From Candidatus Dormiibacterota bacterium (GTDB lineage Bacteria > Chloroflexota > Dormibacteria > Aeolococcales > Aeolococcaceae), in contig CAVPXI010000007.1 of assembly GCA_963709585.1 (NCBI GenBank), positions 224,001 through 288,000 of the forward strand: a stretch of 64,000 bases of DNA. The letters are read 5' to 3'. Each line of letters opens with the position of its first letter. Position 1 is the first letter of the stretch. Below the pieces are notes generated by a model, which saw only the letters and a program-made list of their open reading frames with translations, was not told the origin of the DNA and ran no database searches. Positions 31,723 to 40,898 of this stretch are shown piece by piece. A program made the position numbers and the translations under genes.

Positions 31723-32658
31723 TTAGTGCGTTGCCATCTGCCGGAACACCTGCTGCCGATCCGGGATGCCAGCCGAGCAGCCCAGCGCGGTGCATGCGAG
31801 GGCGCCGACCTCACTTGCGAACATGAGTGACCGCTCCAAGGGCCAGCCCTCAAGGATGCCGGCGATCAGCCCCGCTGCGAACGCATCGCCGGCTCCTGAG
31901 CCGTCAACGACCTCCACGTTCGGAGCGGTGAGCTGCCGGCTGTAGGTCGCGGAGCGAACGAATAGCCCCTCTGAGCCCATCGTGATGACCGCGGTCTTGG
32001 CGCCAGCCTCGATGAAGCATGCAGCCTGACGCTCTGGGTCCTGCTCGCCCGTGAGGTGGCGGGCTTCATCGGAGTTGGGCACGAAGAAGTCAACGCTCGG
32101 CAGGATCGAGCGGAGGTCGTCCATTGACGCGTGAGTGTCTCCGGGGAGGACTACGTCTAGCAGCGTTTGCGCCCCCGCCCGATGCGCTGCGTCGAAGAGT
32201 TCGACCACCGCTTCAGGGGGGAGGCCGGGCAGCACCAGGTATCCACCGAGGTAGACCACATCGATACCGGACGTGGCTCCCGGGCCGAAGTCCTGTCCCG
32301 TGAGGTCCGCGTTAGCGCCCACGGTGTGGATGTAGCGCCGGTCTTCGCCGGCCACGGGAACGATCACTGTCTTTGCCGTGCCCATGGTCTCCGACTGCCC
32401 GATGAACGAGACGTCGACACCCAACTCCGCCAGCGAGGAGGTGACGAAATCGCCGAAGGAGTCGCGGCCAACCTTTCCCACGACCCGGGAGCCAACGCCC
32501 AATTTCGACAGGACCACCGCGACGTTGGCCGCGCAGCCCCCGGCCCCCATGAGGAAGTCGTCAGTCACCAAGAGCTCACCGGCCTTTGGCAGACGAGGAA
32601 GCGGCGGCACGAAGAGATCGCCGACGAGGATCCCCGCACAGAGGACGCGCGAGATCAT
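31723..32658 (-). CDS. PfkB family carbohydrate kinase
   Basis: GGCAANVA..L.KLG, G.VG.D.FG, PN..EA, DGSGAGDAF. Confidence 0.92.
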   Translation of the reverse strand: MISRVLCAGILVGDLFVPPLPRLPKAGELLVTDDFLMGAGGCAANVAVVLSKLGVGSRVVGKVGRDSFGDFVTSSLAELGVDVSFIGQSETMGTAKTVIVPVAGEDRRYIHTVGANADLTGQDFGPGATSGIDVVYLGGYLVLPGLPPEAVVELFDAAHRAGAQTLLDVVLPGDTHASMDDLRSILPSVDFFVPNSDEARHLTGEQDPERQAACFIEAGAKTAVITMGSEGLFVRSATYSRQLTAPNVEVVDGSGAGDAFAAGLIAGILEGWPLERSLMFASEVGALACTALGCSAGIPDRQQVFRQMATH

Positions 32659-33653
32659 GAGCGCGCTGAAAGTTCGAGCACGGTGCGCGCCGTGGACAGA
32701 TCGGTGACCAGGACGTTCACCATGCCGCTGCGCAGCGCACCGAGGATCGCGTCGCCTTTGTCGCGCTCGCTGCAGATCGCGACAACGCATTTGATGGCCT
32801 CGAGATCCGCTCGCCCGATCGCCACGACGCGGTCCCCGATGCCGTCGATAACGGTGCGGCCGCCCGCATCGAAGAACGAGCCGAGGATGTCGCCGACCGC
32901 TCCGCGATCGCGCAGCCTGCGCATCTCGGACACCGAGAAGCAGCCCATCCTCACGACCGCGCTGTCATCCCGAGCGTTCCCGATCCCGATCAGGGCGACG
33001 TTGGCCGCTCGAGCACGCTCGAGGACATCGCGCACGTCGTCGTGATTGATGAACGCATCGCGCACCGCCGGCGTCTCGGCATACGCAGGTGCATACAGCA
33101 CCTCGGCGGTGCCGGCAAACGCCTCGGCGAGGCGGCGACAGATCTCATTCGGGTTGACGCCCGTGTCCACCAGCGGCGACCCTCCGATGGCACTGACAAA
33201 CGTCGCAGCCCGAGGTGTAGGAGTGCCGACGAAATCGGGCACAGCGCCGACATTCCTGCCCATGCCCAGCGCAACCACGTCTCCGTCGCTGAGTTGACGC
33301 TTGAGGAACCCGGCGGCCGCCCGCGCCACTGACGCTCGCTGGCCTGCTTCGTCGCTCTGATCGTTGACCAGAAGGACCTGGTTAAGTCCGAACTCCGAGA
33401 CAAAGGCCGCCTCCACCTGGAGGCCGATGTCGGGGTGCACATTGACTGTGATCTCCACGATTCCAGTCATTCGGGCGCGATCCAGCAAGCGTCCGACCTT
33501 GGGCCGTGAGAGACGAAGAGAGCGAGCCACCGCTTCCTGTGTCATCCCCTCCAGGTAGTACTGCGAGGCGACGCGGGTCATCAGCTCGATTTCACGGTCG
33601 ACGCCCCGTACCCGGCTCATTGCGAAATGCGGTGTACCGTCACGCGTGCTCAT
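32655..33653 (-). CDS. SorC/LsrR-type sugar-binding transcriptional regulator
   Basis: VASQYYLEGMTQEAVA..L.LSRPKV.RLL; GIG; GAVGDI.G.FFD..G; VLVTD. Confidence 0.9.
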   Translation of the reverse strand: MSTRDGTPHFAMSRVRGVDREIELMTRVASQYYLEGMTQEAVARSLRLSRPKVGRLLDRARMTGIVEITVNVHPDIGLQVEAAFVSEFGLNQVLLVNDQSDEAGQRASVARAAAGFLKRQLSDGDVVALGMGRNVGAVPDFVGTPTPRAATFVSAIGGSPLVDTGVNPNEICRRLAEAFAGTAEVLYAPAYAETPAVRDAFINHDDVRDVLERARAANVALIGIGNARDDSAVVRMGCFSVSEMRRLRDRGAVGDILGSFFDAGGRTVIDGIGDRVVAIGRADLEAIKCVVAICSERDKGDAILGALRSGMVNVLVTDLSTARTVLELSARS

Positions 33654-35645
33654 CTAAATCACCCGCTCGTTGCCACCGTCGACCGGAACTTGCGCACCGG
33701 TGGTCTTTGCGAAGGCAGGCCCACACATGGCCGCGCACATCTGCGCGACGTCGTAACTCGTCACCTCCACGCGCAGCACGTTATTGGCTCGGTACTCCGC
33801 GGTACTCAGGCCGTACTCGCGCGCGCGCGCCTCGACGATCTCCTCCGACCACAGCGCGGTGTCGAAGACCGCGTTGGGATGGATCACGTTGACCCTGATC
33901 CGATCCGCGCCCCACTCGAGAGCGGCCACGCGCGCGACCTGGGTGAGTGCTGCCTTAGAGGCCGAGTACGCGGCCGCGCCGGGACCTGGGGCTGCGACGT
34001 TTTTCGAGCCGATCACGACAACTCTGCCACCGCGAGGCGCGAGTCGCAGCAGCGGGTGGAGGTGGTGCAGGAGGACGACCGAAGCTTCGACATTGACGTC
34101 CATGACCGCACGCCACGCTCCCAATTCCAGGGCATCAAGGCGCTGACTGGGCGGGAAGACGCCGGCGTTGAGGACGGCGATGTCGATGCCACCGAACCGT
34201 GTGATGCTGGCCTCGATCGCGGTCGTCACCTGTTCGGGATTAGTCACGTCGCACTGGAGGCCGAGCCATGCGGGTCCGCGGGTGACGCTTGCAACGTCCG
34301 GATTGAGATCCAGACCAACGACCGCGGCGCCTTGCTGCAGCAGGAGTTCCGCACAGGCGCGCCCGATACCAGACGCTGCTCCTGTGACCAGAGCGACCTC
34401 GCCAGTAAGTGGCGGCGGCGTGCCCTTTCCGAGCTTGGCCTGCTCCAGGTCCCAGTACTCGACATCGAAGACGTCCGCAGCTGAAAGGGCACTGTAACCA
34501 CCGAGCTCGGTTGCGTCGAGGATGATCTCGATGGTGTGCCGGTAGATGTCCGAGGCCACGGACGCATCGAGCGCGGATCGTCCTGCCGAGACCACACCGA
34601 TTGTTGGGTCGATGACGACGCGAGGTGCTGCGTCCAATATCCTGAGCGGCACTGCCGTTCTGCGCGCGTGTTCCGCGAAGTACCGCTCGTACTCGGTTGC
34701 GTAGGCCGCGACGTCACGCCCCAGGATCGGCAGCCGCTTGGTGCGGATCACGTGGTCGGGCGTCGCCGGACCCTGCTGAGAAACCACCGACACATCGGCA
34801 CGATTGGCAAAGGCAACCGCGTCCGGCCCATCGTCGACCTGCAGAATCATCGGCGTTCCGGCCACGTCCGAGAGTTCGCGCCGAAGGCCGGCGACTTCCA
34901 AGGATGAGTAAGAGCTCACTGCCGGCGCGGACGGTCGGCTCCTGCCTCGGACGTGCTCGTCTATGTATGACTCGGCCAGCGCGACCATGTCGATCATTCG
35001 CTCATACAACTCGCGAGCAGTCGGAGCCCAAGTGAAGATGCCATGGTTCATCAGCACCATTCCGATCGTCGCAGCGCCATGCAGCCGCGGGTACATGTCG
35101 GCGCACAGGGCGGCCAGCTTGAATCCGGGCATCACGTAGGGGATGCGCAGCAGATGATCGCCGTAGACCTGCTCGATCAACTCGGCTCCGTGCAAGGAAT
35201 TGGTGAGCGTCAGGAGCGCGTCCGCGTGGGTGTGGTCGACGTACTTGAACGGGACGATGGCGTGGAGAATCGCCTCGACCGACGGGGCAGGCGCGGTTGG
35301 GTCGATCATGCCGAGGCGGAACTCACGAGCCATGTCCACGTCGGAAAGTTCTGTGAGTTCGGCGAGCGATAACAGCTGCCCCATCCGAACTGGCGCGAAC
35401 CCGGCCGGCTCGATGGTGGCCAGATCCCAGCCACTGCCCTTGACCCAGAGGGTGTCCTCCTTGTCACCAAAGATGTTCGTCTCGGTGAGCTTCACCGACG
35501 TGTTGCCGCCGCCGTGGAGCACCAATCTGGGGTCCTGACCCAACAGGCGCGACGTGTATGCCCGCAGGTCCAGCACCGTCTGACACGCGGCTGCTTGCTC
35601 GTCGTCCCAGCGACTGGTCACCCGCGGCGGTGCGGTGGTGGTCAT
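33654..35645 (-). CDS. Bifunctional class II aldolase / short-chain dehydrogenase (RhaD-like fusion)
   Basis: LVLHGGGNTSVK, VKGSG.DL, PSVE..LH, HTH, TPDH..RTK, EYW.LE.AKL; SDR TGAASGIG, YSASK. Confidence 0.9.
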   Translation of the reverse strand: MTTTAPPRVTSRWDDEQAAACQTVLDLRAYTSRLLGQDPRLVLHGGGNTSVKLTETNIFGDKEDTLWVKGSGWDLATIEPAGFAPVRMGQLLSLAELTELSDVDMAREFRLGMIDPTAPAPSVEAILHAIVPFKYVDHTHADALLTLTNSLHGAELIEQVYGDHLLRIPYVMPGFKLAALCADMYPRLHGAATIGMVLMNHGIFTWAPTARELYERMIDMVALAESYIDEHVRGRSRPSAPAVSSYSSLEVAGLRRELSDVAGTPMILQVDDGPDAVAFANRADVSVVSQQGPATPDHVIRTKRLPILGRDVAAYATEYERYFAEHARRTAVPLRILDAAPRVVIDPTIGVVSAGRSALDASVASDIYRHTIEIILDATELGGYSALSAADVFDVEYWDLEQAKLGKGTPPPLTGEVALVTGAASGIGRACAELLLQQGAAVVGLDLNPDVASVTRGPAWLGLQCDVTNPEQVTTAIEASITRFGGIDIAVLNAGVFPPSQRLDALELGAWRAVMDVNVEASVVLLHHLHPLLRLAPRGGRVVVIGSKNVAAPGPGAAAYSASKAALTQVARVAALEWGADRIRVNVIHPNAVFDTALWSEEIVEARAREYGLSTAEYRANNVLRVEVTSYDVAQMCAAMCGPAFAKTTGAQVPVDGGNERVI

Positions 35646-35646
35646 G

Positions 35647-36186
35647 TCACGTTGCCCCACTCCTGAGGTCGTCCGCGACTACTGACGATTCCTGCCCGGC
35701 ACGCTCGACGTCGCGGACGGTGATGACACCATCCTGGCCAGTGCCGGCGAGAGTGGTCAGATCAATGCCAAGGGCGCTCGCCAGCCGCCGCGCGGCCGGC
35801 AGTGCCACGACTCTGCCTGGTGCTCTTTCTGGCGAGCGACGCTCGGGTTCCGCGCGCGGAGCGACCGTGGGTGCCGGGATCTCGCCGACCGCGACGGACA
35901 TCGGGATGTCGGCAGTACCAGTACCGGTGCCGTCCGGCACCGCTTCGCCTGGAACGCCGATATAAGCCACCGGCGAACCCGATTGCACAGTGTCTCCAGC
36001 ATCGCGGAGGACCTTCAGCAGCGTCCCGGCGGTGACCGACTCAACCTCGACCTGTGCCTTGTCGGTCTGCACCCTGAAGAGCGACTCTCCAAGTGCGACC
36101 GTGTCGCCTTCCTTCTTCAACCATTCGACGATCACCAGCTCGTCCGTCGTCTGACCTACCGCTGGCATGTCGATCCGGTGCGCCAC
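35647..36186 (-). CDS. Stand-alone lipoyl-attachment + E3-binding domain protein (no acyltransferase domain)
   Basis: MPAVG..., WLKKEGD.V, QTDKA (lipoyl Lys); PAARRLA...GIDL..L.GTG..G.IT..DV; stop shortly after. Confidence 0.85.
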   Translation of the reverse strand: MAHRIDMPAVGQTTDELVIVEWLKKEGDTVALGESLFRVQTDKAQVEVESVTAGTLLKVLRDAGDTVQSGSPVAYIGVPGEAVPDGTGTGTADIPMSVAVGEIPAPTVAPRAEPERRSPERAPGRVVALPAARRLASALGIDLTTLAGTGQDGVITVRDVERAGQESSVVADDLRSGAT

Positions 36187-36194
36187 AGTTCTGG

Positions 36195-37241
36195 TCAGCC
36201 TTCGCAACAACGTTGGATCGCGGCCTTGATCCTCGCCATCGACGGCACGACCGTCTGCTCCATCACTGGGGCGACCGGCAGCGGAACGTCATGGCTGGCA
36301 ACTCTCCTGATCGGCGCTTCCAGCGAGAAGAGGCACTCCTCGGCGACCCGGGCTGCGAGCTCGGCCCCCCATCCTCCGGTCAGCGTGTCCTCATGGGCAA
36401 TCACCAGGCGGCCGGTCTTGCGGACTGACGCGAAGATCGTCTCCTCGTCGAACGGAAGCAGCGTCAGCGGATCGATCACCTCGCAGTCGATGCCGTCCTG
36501 GGCCAGCTCCTCGGCGGCCGCGAGAGAACGGTAGAGGCTCATGTGCGTTGCCACCACGGTGACCGAGGTGCCCTCGCGCTTCACCACCGCCTTGCCGATG
36601 GGAAAGAAGTACTCCTCCTCGGGCACGTGCGCGGTCAGATCCATGCCACCGGCCTGCTCGCGCCCCTTGCTCCCGTAGAGCAACTTGTGCTCAAAGAAGA
36701 GGACGGGATCATCGTCACGCACCGCGCTCTTCAGCAGTCCCTTGGCGTGATACGCGTCGGAAGCACATACGACTTTCACGCCGGGCACGTGCACGAAGTA
36801 ACTCTCCGGGCACTGACCATGCTGCGCCCCTCGATTTGCAGTGCCGACCGGGCAGCGCATGACCATTGGGACGCTCAACTTCCCGTTCGACATGTACCGC
36901 ATCTTCGCCGCCTGGTTGACCAATTCGTCCATGCACTCGAAGAGGAAGTCCGCATACTGGAGGTCCGCGATCGGCCGCATCCCCATAAGTGCGGCGCCGA
37001 CGGCGGCACCCGCAATCGCCTTCTCACTGATCGGCGTGTCGATGATGCGGTCGTGGCCGAATTCCTCGGGCAGGCCCAGGTACACGCCGAACGCGCCGCC
37101 GAACCCACCGGGGATGCCGACGTCTTCGCCGATAAGAAAGACCTTCTCGTCGTGACGCATCTCCTCGGCGATCGCTTCGCGCAACGCCTCGGCAATCGTG
37201 AGGCGGCGTTCGGACGTCGAAGGCGCCGCAGCAACGGTCAC
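36195..37241 (-). CDS. 2-oxoacid/acetoin dehydrogenase E1 beta-like subunit
   Basis: GEDVG..GG.FG, DTPISE, NQAAK, GAQH.Q, FEHK.LY. Confidence 0.92.
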   Translation of the reverse strand: MTVAAAPSTSERRLTIAEALREAIAEEMRHDEKVFLIGEDVGIPGGFGGAFGVYLGLPEEFGHDRIIDTPISEKAIAGAAVGAALMGMRPIADLQYADFLFECMDELVNQAAKMRYMSNGKLSVPMVMRCPVGTANRGAQHGQCPESYFVHVPGVKVVCASDAYHAKGLLKSAVRDDDPVLFFEHKLLYGSKGREQAGGMDLTAHVPEEEYFFPIGKAVVKREGTSVTVVATHMSLYRSLAAAEELAQDGIDCEVIDPLTLLPFDEETIFASVRKTGRLVIAHEDTLTGGWGAELAARVAEECLFSLEAPIRRVASHDVPLPVAPVMEQTVVPSMARIKAAIQRCCEG

Positions 37242-38266
37242 GGCGTTGCCTCCCTGCGGATCACGGTGGCGTACGCGTCCGTCAGCGCGTCTTCCGCGCG
37301 CGGAAGCGGTGAGTTCCTCGCGAATTCGATGGCGTCGTCAAGGGTCTCCTCGATCTCGGCGTCCGTTTCATCGAGTGCTTCTGCCCCGAACGTCGAGGCT
37401 AGGCGCTCGCGGAGACGAACGATCGGATCCCGCTCCTTCCATTCGGCCTCCTCCTCCCGGCTCCGATAGCCGCGAACATCGCCGCGACTGTGGCCGGCGA
37501 ATCGGTACGTCTTGAACTCGAGGAGGACGGGGCCAGCCCCAATTCGTGCGTCCGACACCGCACGGAGAGCCGCCTCGCGTACGGCGAGCACGTCCATTCC
37601 GTCGACGATCACTCCGCGCACGCCGTACGCCGCAGCGCGCGCCGCCACATCGGTGACGAGGCTGATCTGGTGGAACGGAGTCGATGCGCCGTAGAGGTTG
37701 TTCTCGCACGCGAACACCACGGGGAGGTGCTCCACCGCCGCGAAGTTCAGCCCCTCGTGGAAGGCACCCTCGTTGCTCGCCCCCTCACCAAAGAAGCACA
37801 CGGCAACCTGGTCGGTCCGCATCAGCTTGAATGCCAGCCCGAGGCCGGTGACCACCGTGTTGCCTCCCCCGACGATGGCGATCGCCGGGAGCATGCCGAC
37901 CGACGGGTCGCCGAGATGCATCGAGCCGCCCTTGCCGCCGCAGCAACCGGTCGCCTTGCCGTAGAGCTCGGCCATTGCAGCTCGCACGTCGACTCCCTTG
38001 GCCAATGCATGGCCGTGTGGTCGATGCGTGGAGGTGATCCAGTCAGTCGGTCGCAGGACGTCGCAGACACCCACCGCGACCGCCTCCTGGCCCTGGCTCT
38101 GGTGCAGCGTCCCCGGGAGTTCACCCTGCAGATAGACGAGATACACGCGCTCCTCGAATCGGCGGATCAACTGCATGCGGCGGTAGAGGTCGAGCTCGTG
38201 TTCAGCGTCGACCTCGTCGGCGATGTGGGTGGGGCCCAAGTCAGCTCTCCTGGTGCTGGAGTTCAT
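37238..38266 (-). CDS. 2-oxoacid/acetoin dehydrogenase E1 alpha-like subunit
   Basis: GQEAVAVG, STHRPHGH, GKGGSMH, TPP motif GEGA...ENN, TYRFAGHS. Confidence 0.92.
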   Translation of the reverse strand: MNSSTRRADLGPTHIADEVDAEHELDLYRRMQLIRRFEERVYLVYLQGELPGTLHQSQGQEAVAVGVCDVLRPTDWITSTHRPHGHALAKGVDVRAAMAELYGKATGCCGGKGGSMHLGDPSVGMLPAIAIVGGGNTVVTGLGLAFKLMRTDQVAVCFFGEGASNEGAFHEGLNFAAVEHLPVVFACENNLYGASTPFHQISLVTDVAARAAAYGVRGVIVDGMDVLAVREAALRAVSDARIGAGPVLLEFKTYRFAGHSRGDVRGYRSREEEAEWKERDPIVRLRERLASTFGAEALDETDAEIEETLDDAIEFARNSPLPRAEDALTDAYATVIRREATP

Positions 38267-39183
38267 TCGGCGCCCGCCTTCGACGCGACCACCGAGCGCC
38301 CGCTCCCGCCGTACTGCTTGATCAGCGAGCGGACCTTGGCGGTCATACGCGCCTGCGCCACGTGCATCACATCCGCGTCGTTGTGGGATCCGAGGAGCTT
38401 GTGCACGTCGGGAGGAGTACCGGCGGAGCGGACCACGGATTCCAGGCCACCCCAGAACGCGTGCTTGAGGACCGTGCCGACATTGAACTTCGCGACGCCG
38501 AGCGCGACCGCCGGCGCCACTCCGGCTGCGGGGAAACTTGTTCCGCCATGGATGACCAGCGGTACGTCGACTCGCTCGTGGATCGATCGCAGGAGTCCCG
38601 TATCGATCGTTGACTCTGCCCCCATCATGATGTGGACATTCCCGACTGAAACTGCCAGACAGTCCACACCGGTCTCCTCCACGAACCGTGCGGCCTCGTC
38701 TGGATCGGTGAGGCTGGCGTGACTGTGATCCACGCCTGACGCCGTCGCTTCCGCCGGACTGCCGAGTTCGCCCTCGACCGCCACGCCCAACTCGTGCGCT
38801 ACCTGGCACAACTCCTTCACCGCGACAATCGCTTTGTCCGGTTGCCAGGAGTGCGTGTCCATCATCACCGCGTTGAAGCCCGCGTCGATGCCACGCATGG
38901 CCTGGTCAAGGGTGTGGGCCTCGTTGAACAGCAGGGCCACATCGACGGAGCTTCGTGCCGCGTAGCTGCGTCCGACGGCACCGAGGAGCTCGATGCCACC
39001 GCGCTCAAGCCACGTCCCTTCCACCATCATTGCGCCGAAACCGAGAATCACCGGCGCGGACTCCTCTTCCGCGGCGGTGAGCACCGCCTCGAGCGAGCAC
39101 GCATCCCACGCCTCGAAGTACCCGACGGCGTAGCCGTCGGACCGTGCCTCGCCCAGCAATCGCTGGAGCGGGACGAGCGGCAT
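38263..39183 (-). CDS. Class II fructose/tagatose-bisphosphate aldolase family protein (atypical active site)
   Basis: YAVG.F, VEGELG, TDP.EA..FV..TGVD.LAVSVGNVH, LVIHGGTS, KFNVGT; HLDH motif replaced by LFNE. Confidence 0.85.
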   Translation of the reverse strand: MPLVPLQRLLGEARSDGYAVGYFEAWDACSLEAVLTAAEEESAPVILGFGAMMVEGTWLERGGIELLGAVGRSYAARSSVDVALLFNEAHTLDQAMRGIDAGFNAVMMDTHSWQPDKAIVAVKELCQVAHELGVAVEGELGSPAEATASGVDHSHASLTDPDEAARFVEETGVDCLAVSVGNVHIMMGAESTIDTGLLRSIHERVDVPLVIHGGTSFPAAGVAPAVALGVAKFNVGTVLKHAFWGGLESVVRSAGTPPDVHKLLGSHNDADVMHVAQARMTAKVRSLIKQYGGSGRSVVASKAGAE

Positions 39184-39241
39184 CTATTGGCTGTCCAACT
39201 CGAACACGTAAATCTCCCTAGGTCTCAATCGCGCGGGTGCC

Positions 39242-39291
39242 AGCATAGTGGGCCAAGTGAGCAAATATCAAGCGCTTGAGCATTTGCTCAA
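39242..39291 (-). promoter_or_regulatory. Operon promoter and palindromic operator
   Basis: Minus strand TTGATA-N18-TATGCT; inverted repeat TTGAGCA-TT-TGCTCAA at 39276-39291 and half-related TGAGCAAATATCA at 39258-39270. Confidence 0.65.
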
Positions 39292-39302
39292 CGAGGTGTT
39301 AG

Positions 39303-40253
39303 TTACCGACTTCCCTGCGCCCGGCGCTTGCCCTCGTGCATGGCTTGAACGCGAGCGACCGGGATGGATCTGCCCTCTTCAAGCAGCTCTGCCCCTAGCG
39401 GCTGTGGCGGCGGCATCCGCATTGCCCATCGGTCGGCATCGCCGAGGTGATGTACGGCGGTGAGCACCGTGAAGTCGGCAGGCGAAATCTCATCCAGCTC
39501 GTCCCAGTCCACTGGAAAAGACACAGGAGCGCCCGGCCGCACACGCGGGCTGTACGCAGCGGCAACGGTTGCCCCGCCGACGCGGGTCGAGTCGACAAAC
39601 ACTTTGCCTGCGCGGTCATCCTTCATGAACGCGGTGGTGACTGTGGCGGGATCCAGTCGCTCGGCTCGTGCGGCGATCGCCCGGGTGGCAGCTGCGGCCG
39701 CATCGATGGACACGGTGCTGTCGATGGGAACGAAGATGTGCAGGCCCTTGGCACCGCTCGTTTTGATGACAGCGTCCAGGCCTTCATCGATAAGGACGCG
39801 CCGTACAACCCGCGCGGCTCGCACGGCGTCGCGGAAGGCATCTCCGTGCGGGGGATCGATGTCGAGCACGAGATACGTCATGTGATCGGGGCTGTCGACG
39901 CGCACCAGCGCCGGGTGATACTCGACAGCGCGCTGGTTACCGAACCACAGCAGTGTCCGCCGGTCATTGCAAAGCGCGTAGGTGACCTCCCGCTTCGACG
40001 ACTCCGCCCACATCGTCACCCGCGGTACCCAGGGAGGCGTGTACGAGGGCAGGTTCTTCTGCATGAAGGCTTCCTGACCCCGGTGCACGCGGATCACCGA
40101 CAGCGCTCGCTCCGCGAGCTCCGGAATGATCCGGTCGGCCACGCTGTCCAGGTAAGTGATGAGGTCTCGCTTGGTTGCCCTCGCCCCTTCGAACAGCGAC
40201 TCGTCGAGGTTGGTCAGCGGCACGCCGAGCGAGGCAGCGTCTGCAAGGCCCAT
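39303..40253 (-). CDS. LigD-type primase-polymerase domain protein (stand-alone)
   Basis: TNLD..LF...TK.DL..Y, F.QK, EYH, LDIDP, KTSGAKGLHI, VF.D, AYSPR.RPGAPVS.P. Confidence 0.85.
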   Translation of the reverse strand: MGLADAASLGVPLTNLDESLFEGARATKRDLITYLDSVADRIIPELAERALSVIRVHRGQEAFMQKNLPSYTPPWVPRVTMWAESSKREVTYALCNDRRTLLWFGNQRAVEYHPALVRVDSPDHMTYLVLDIDPPHGDAFRDAVRAARVVRRVLIDEGLDAVIKTSGAKGLHIFVPIDSTVSIDAAAAATRAIAARAERLDPATVTTAFMKDDRAGKVFVDSTRVGGATVAAAYSPRVRPGAPVSFPVDWDELDEISPADFTVLTAVHHLGDADRWAMRMPPPQPLGAELLEEGRSIPVARVQAMHEGKRRAQGSR

Positions 40254-40357
40254 TAGACTGCCTACGGTACCCCCGCTGTACGGTGCAATCGGGGCTACCC
40301 ACAGGCCGGTAGTGCTTGTCGTTCACCGGATCGTCGACGACTGAGTAGGAGCTTGCG

Positions 40358-40853
40358 ATGACCCGACACCGACAGCGTCCTGGCGACGGTCCTCTTCACG
40401 GACATCGTGGGGTCCACGGAGCGCGCGGCAACGCTTGGCGATCGGGCTTGGCGAGACCTGCTGGAGGCGCACCACGCACTGGTACGACGTGAACTGGCGA
40501 TCCATCGCGGTATAGAAGTCGACACGGCCGGCGACGGCTTGATGGCCAGGTTCGATGGCCCCGCGCGGGCGATTCGTTGTGCTCAAGCCGTCGCTGCGGC
40601 GGTGCGATCGCTCGGGATTGAGATCCGGGCGGGCTTGCATACGGGTGAATGCGAGCTGACGGATGCCGGCCTTGCCGGCATCGCGGTGCACATCGCGGCT
40701 CGCGTCGCGGCGGGAGCGGGACCGAGCGAAGTGCGTGTCTCCAGAACGGTGAAGGATCTCGTCGCCGGATCTGGCATCCGATTCATCGATCTTGGCGCTC
40801 ACTCGCTGAAGGGCGTGCCCGGAGAGTGGGTCTTGTTCCGGGTGGAGCAGTAG
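40358..40853 (+). CDS. Stand-alone class III adenylate/guanylate cyclase domain; +1 indel near 40363
   Basis: RBS AGGAG + ATG one base out of frame with LATVLFTDIVGST; GDG, RAGLHTGE, VHIAARV, LKG. Confidence 0.8.
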
Positions 40854-40898
40854 CAGCACAGGATTCCGCCTCTCAGCGCGCTGAACAGTCGGCAATCG

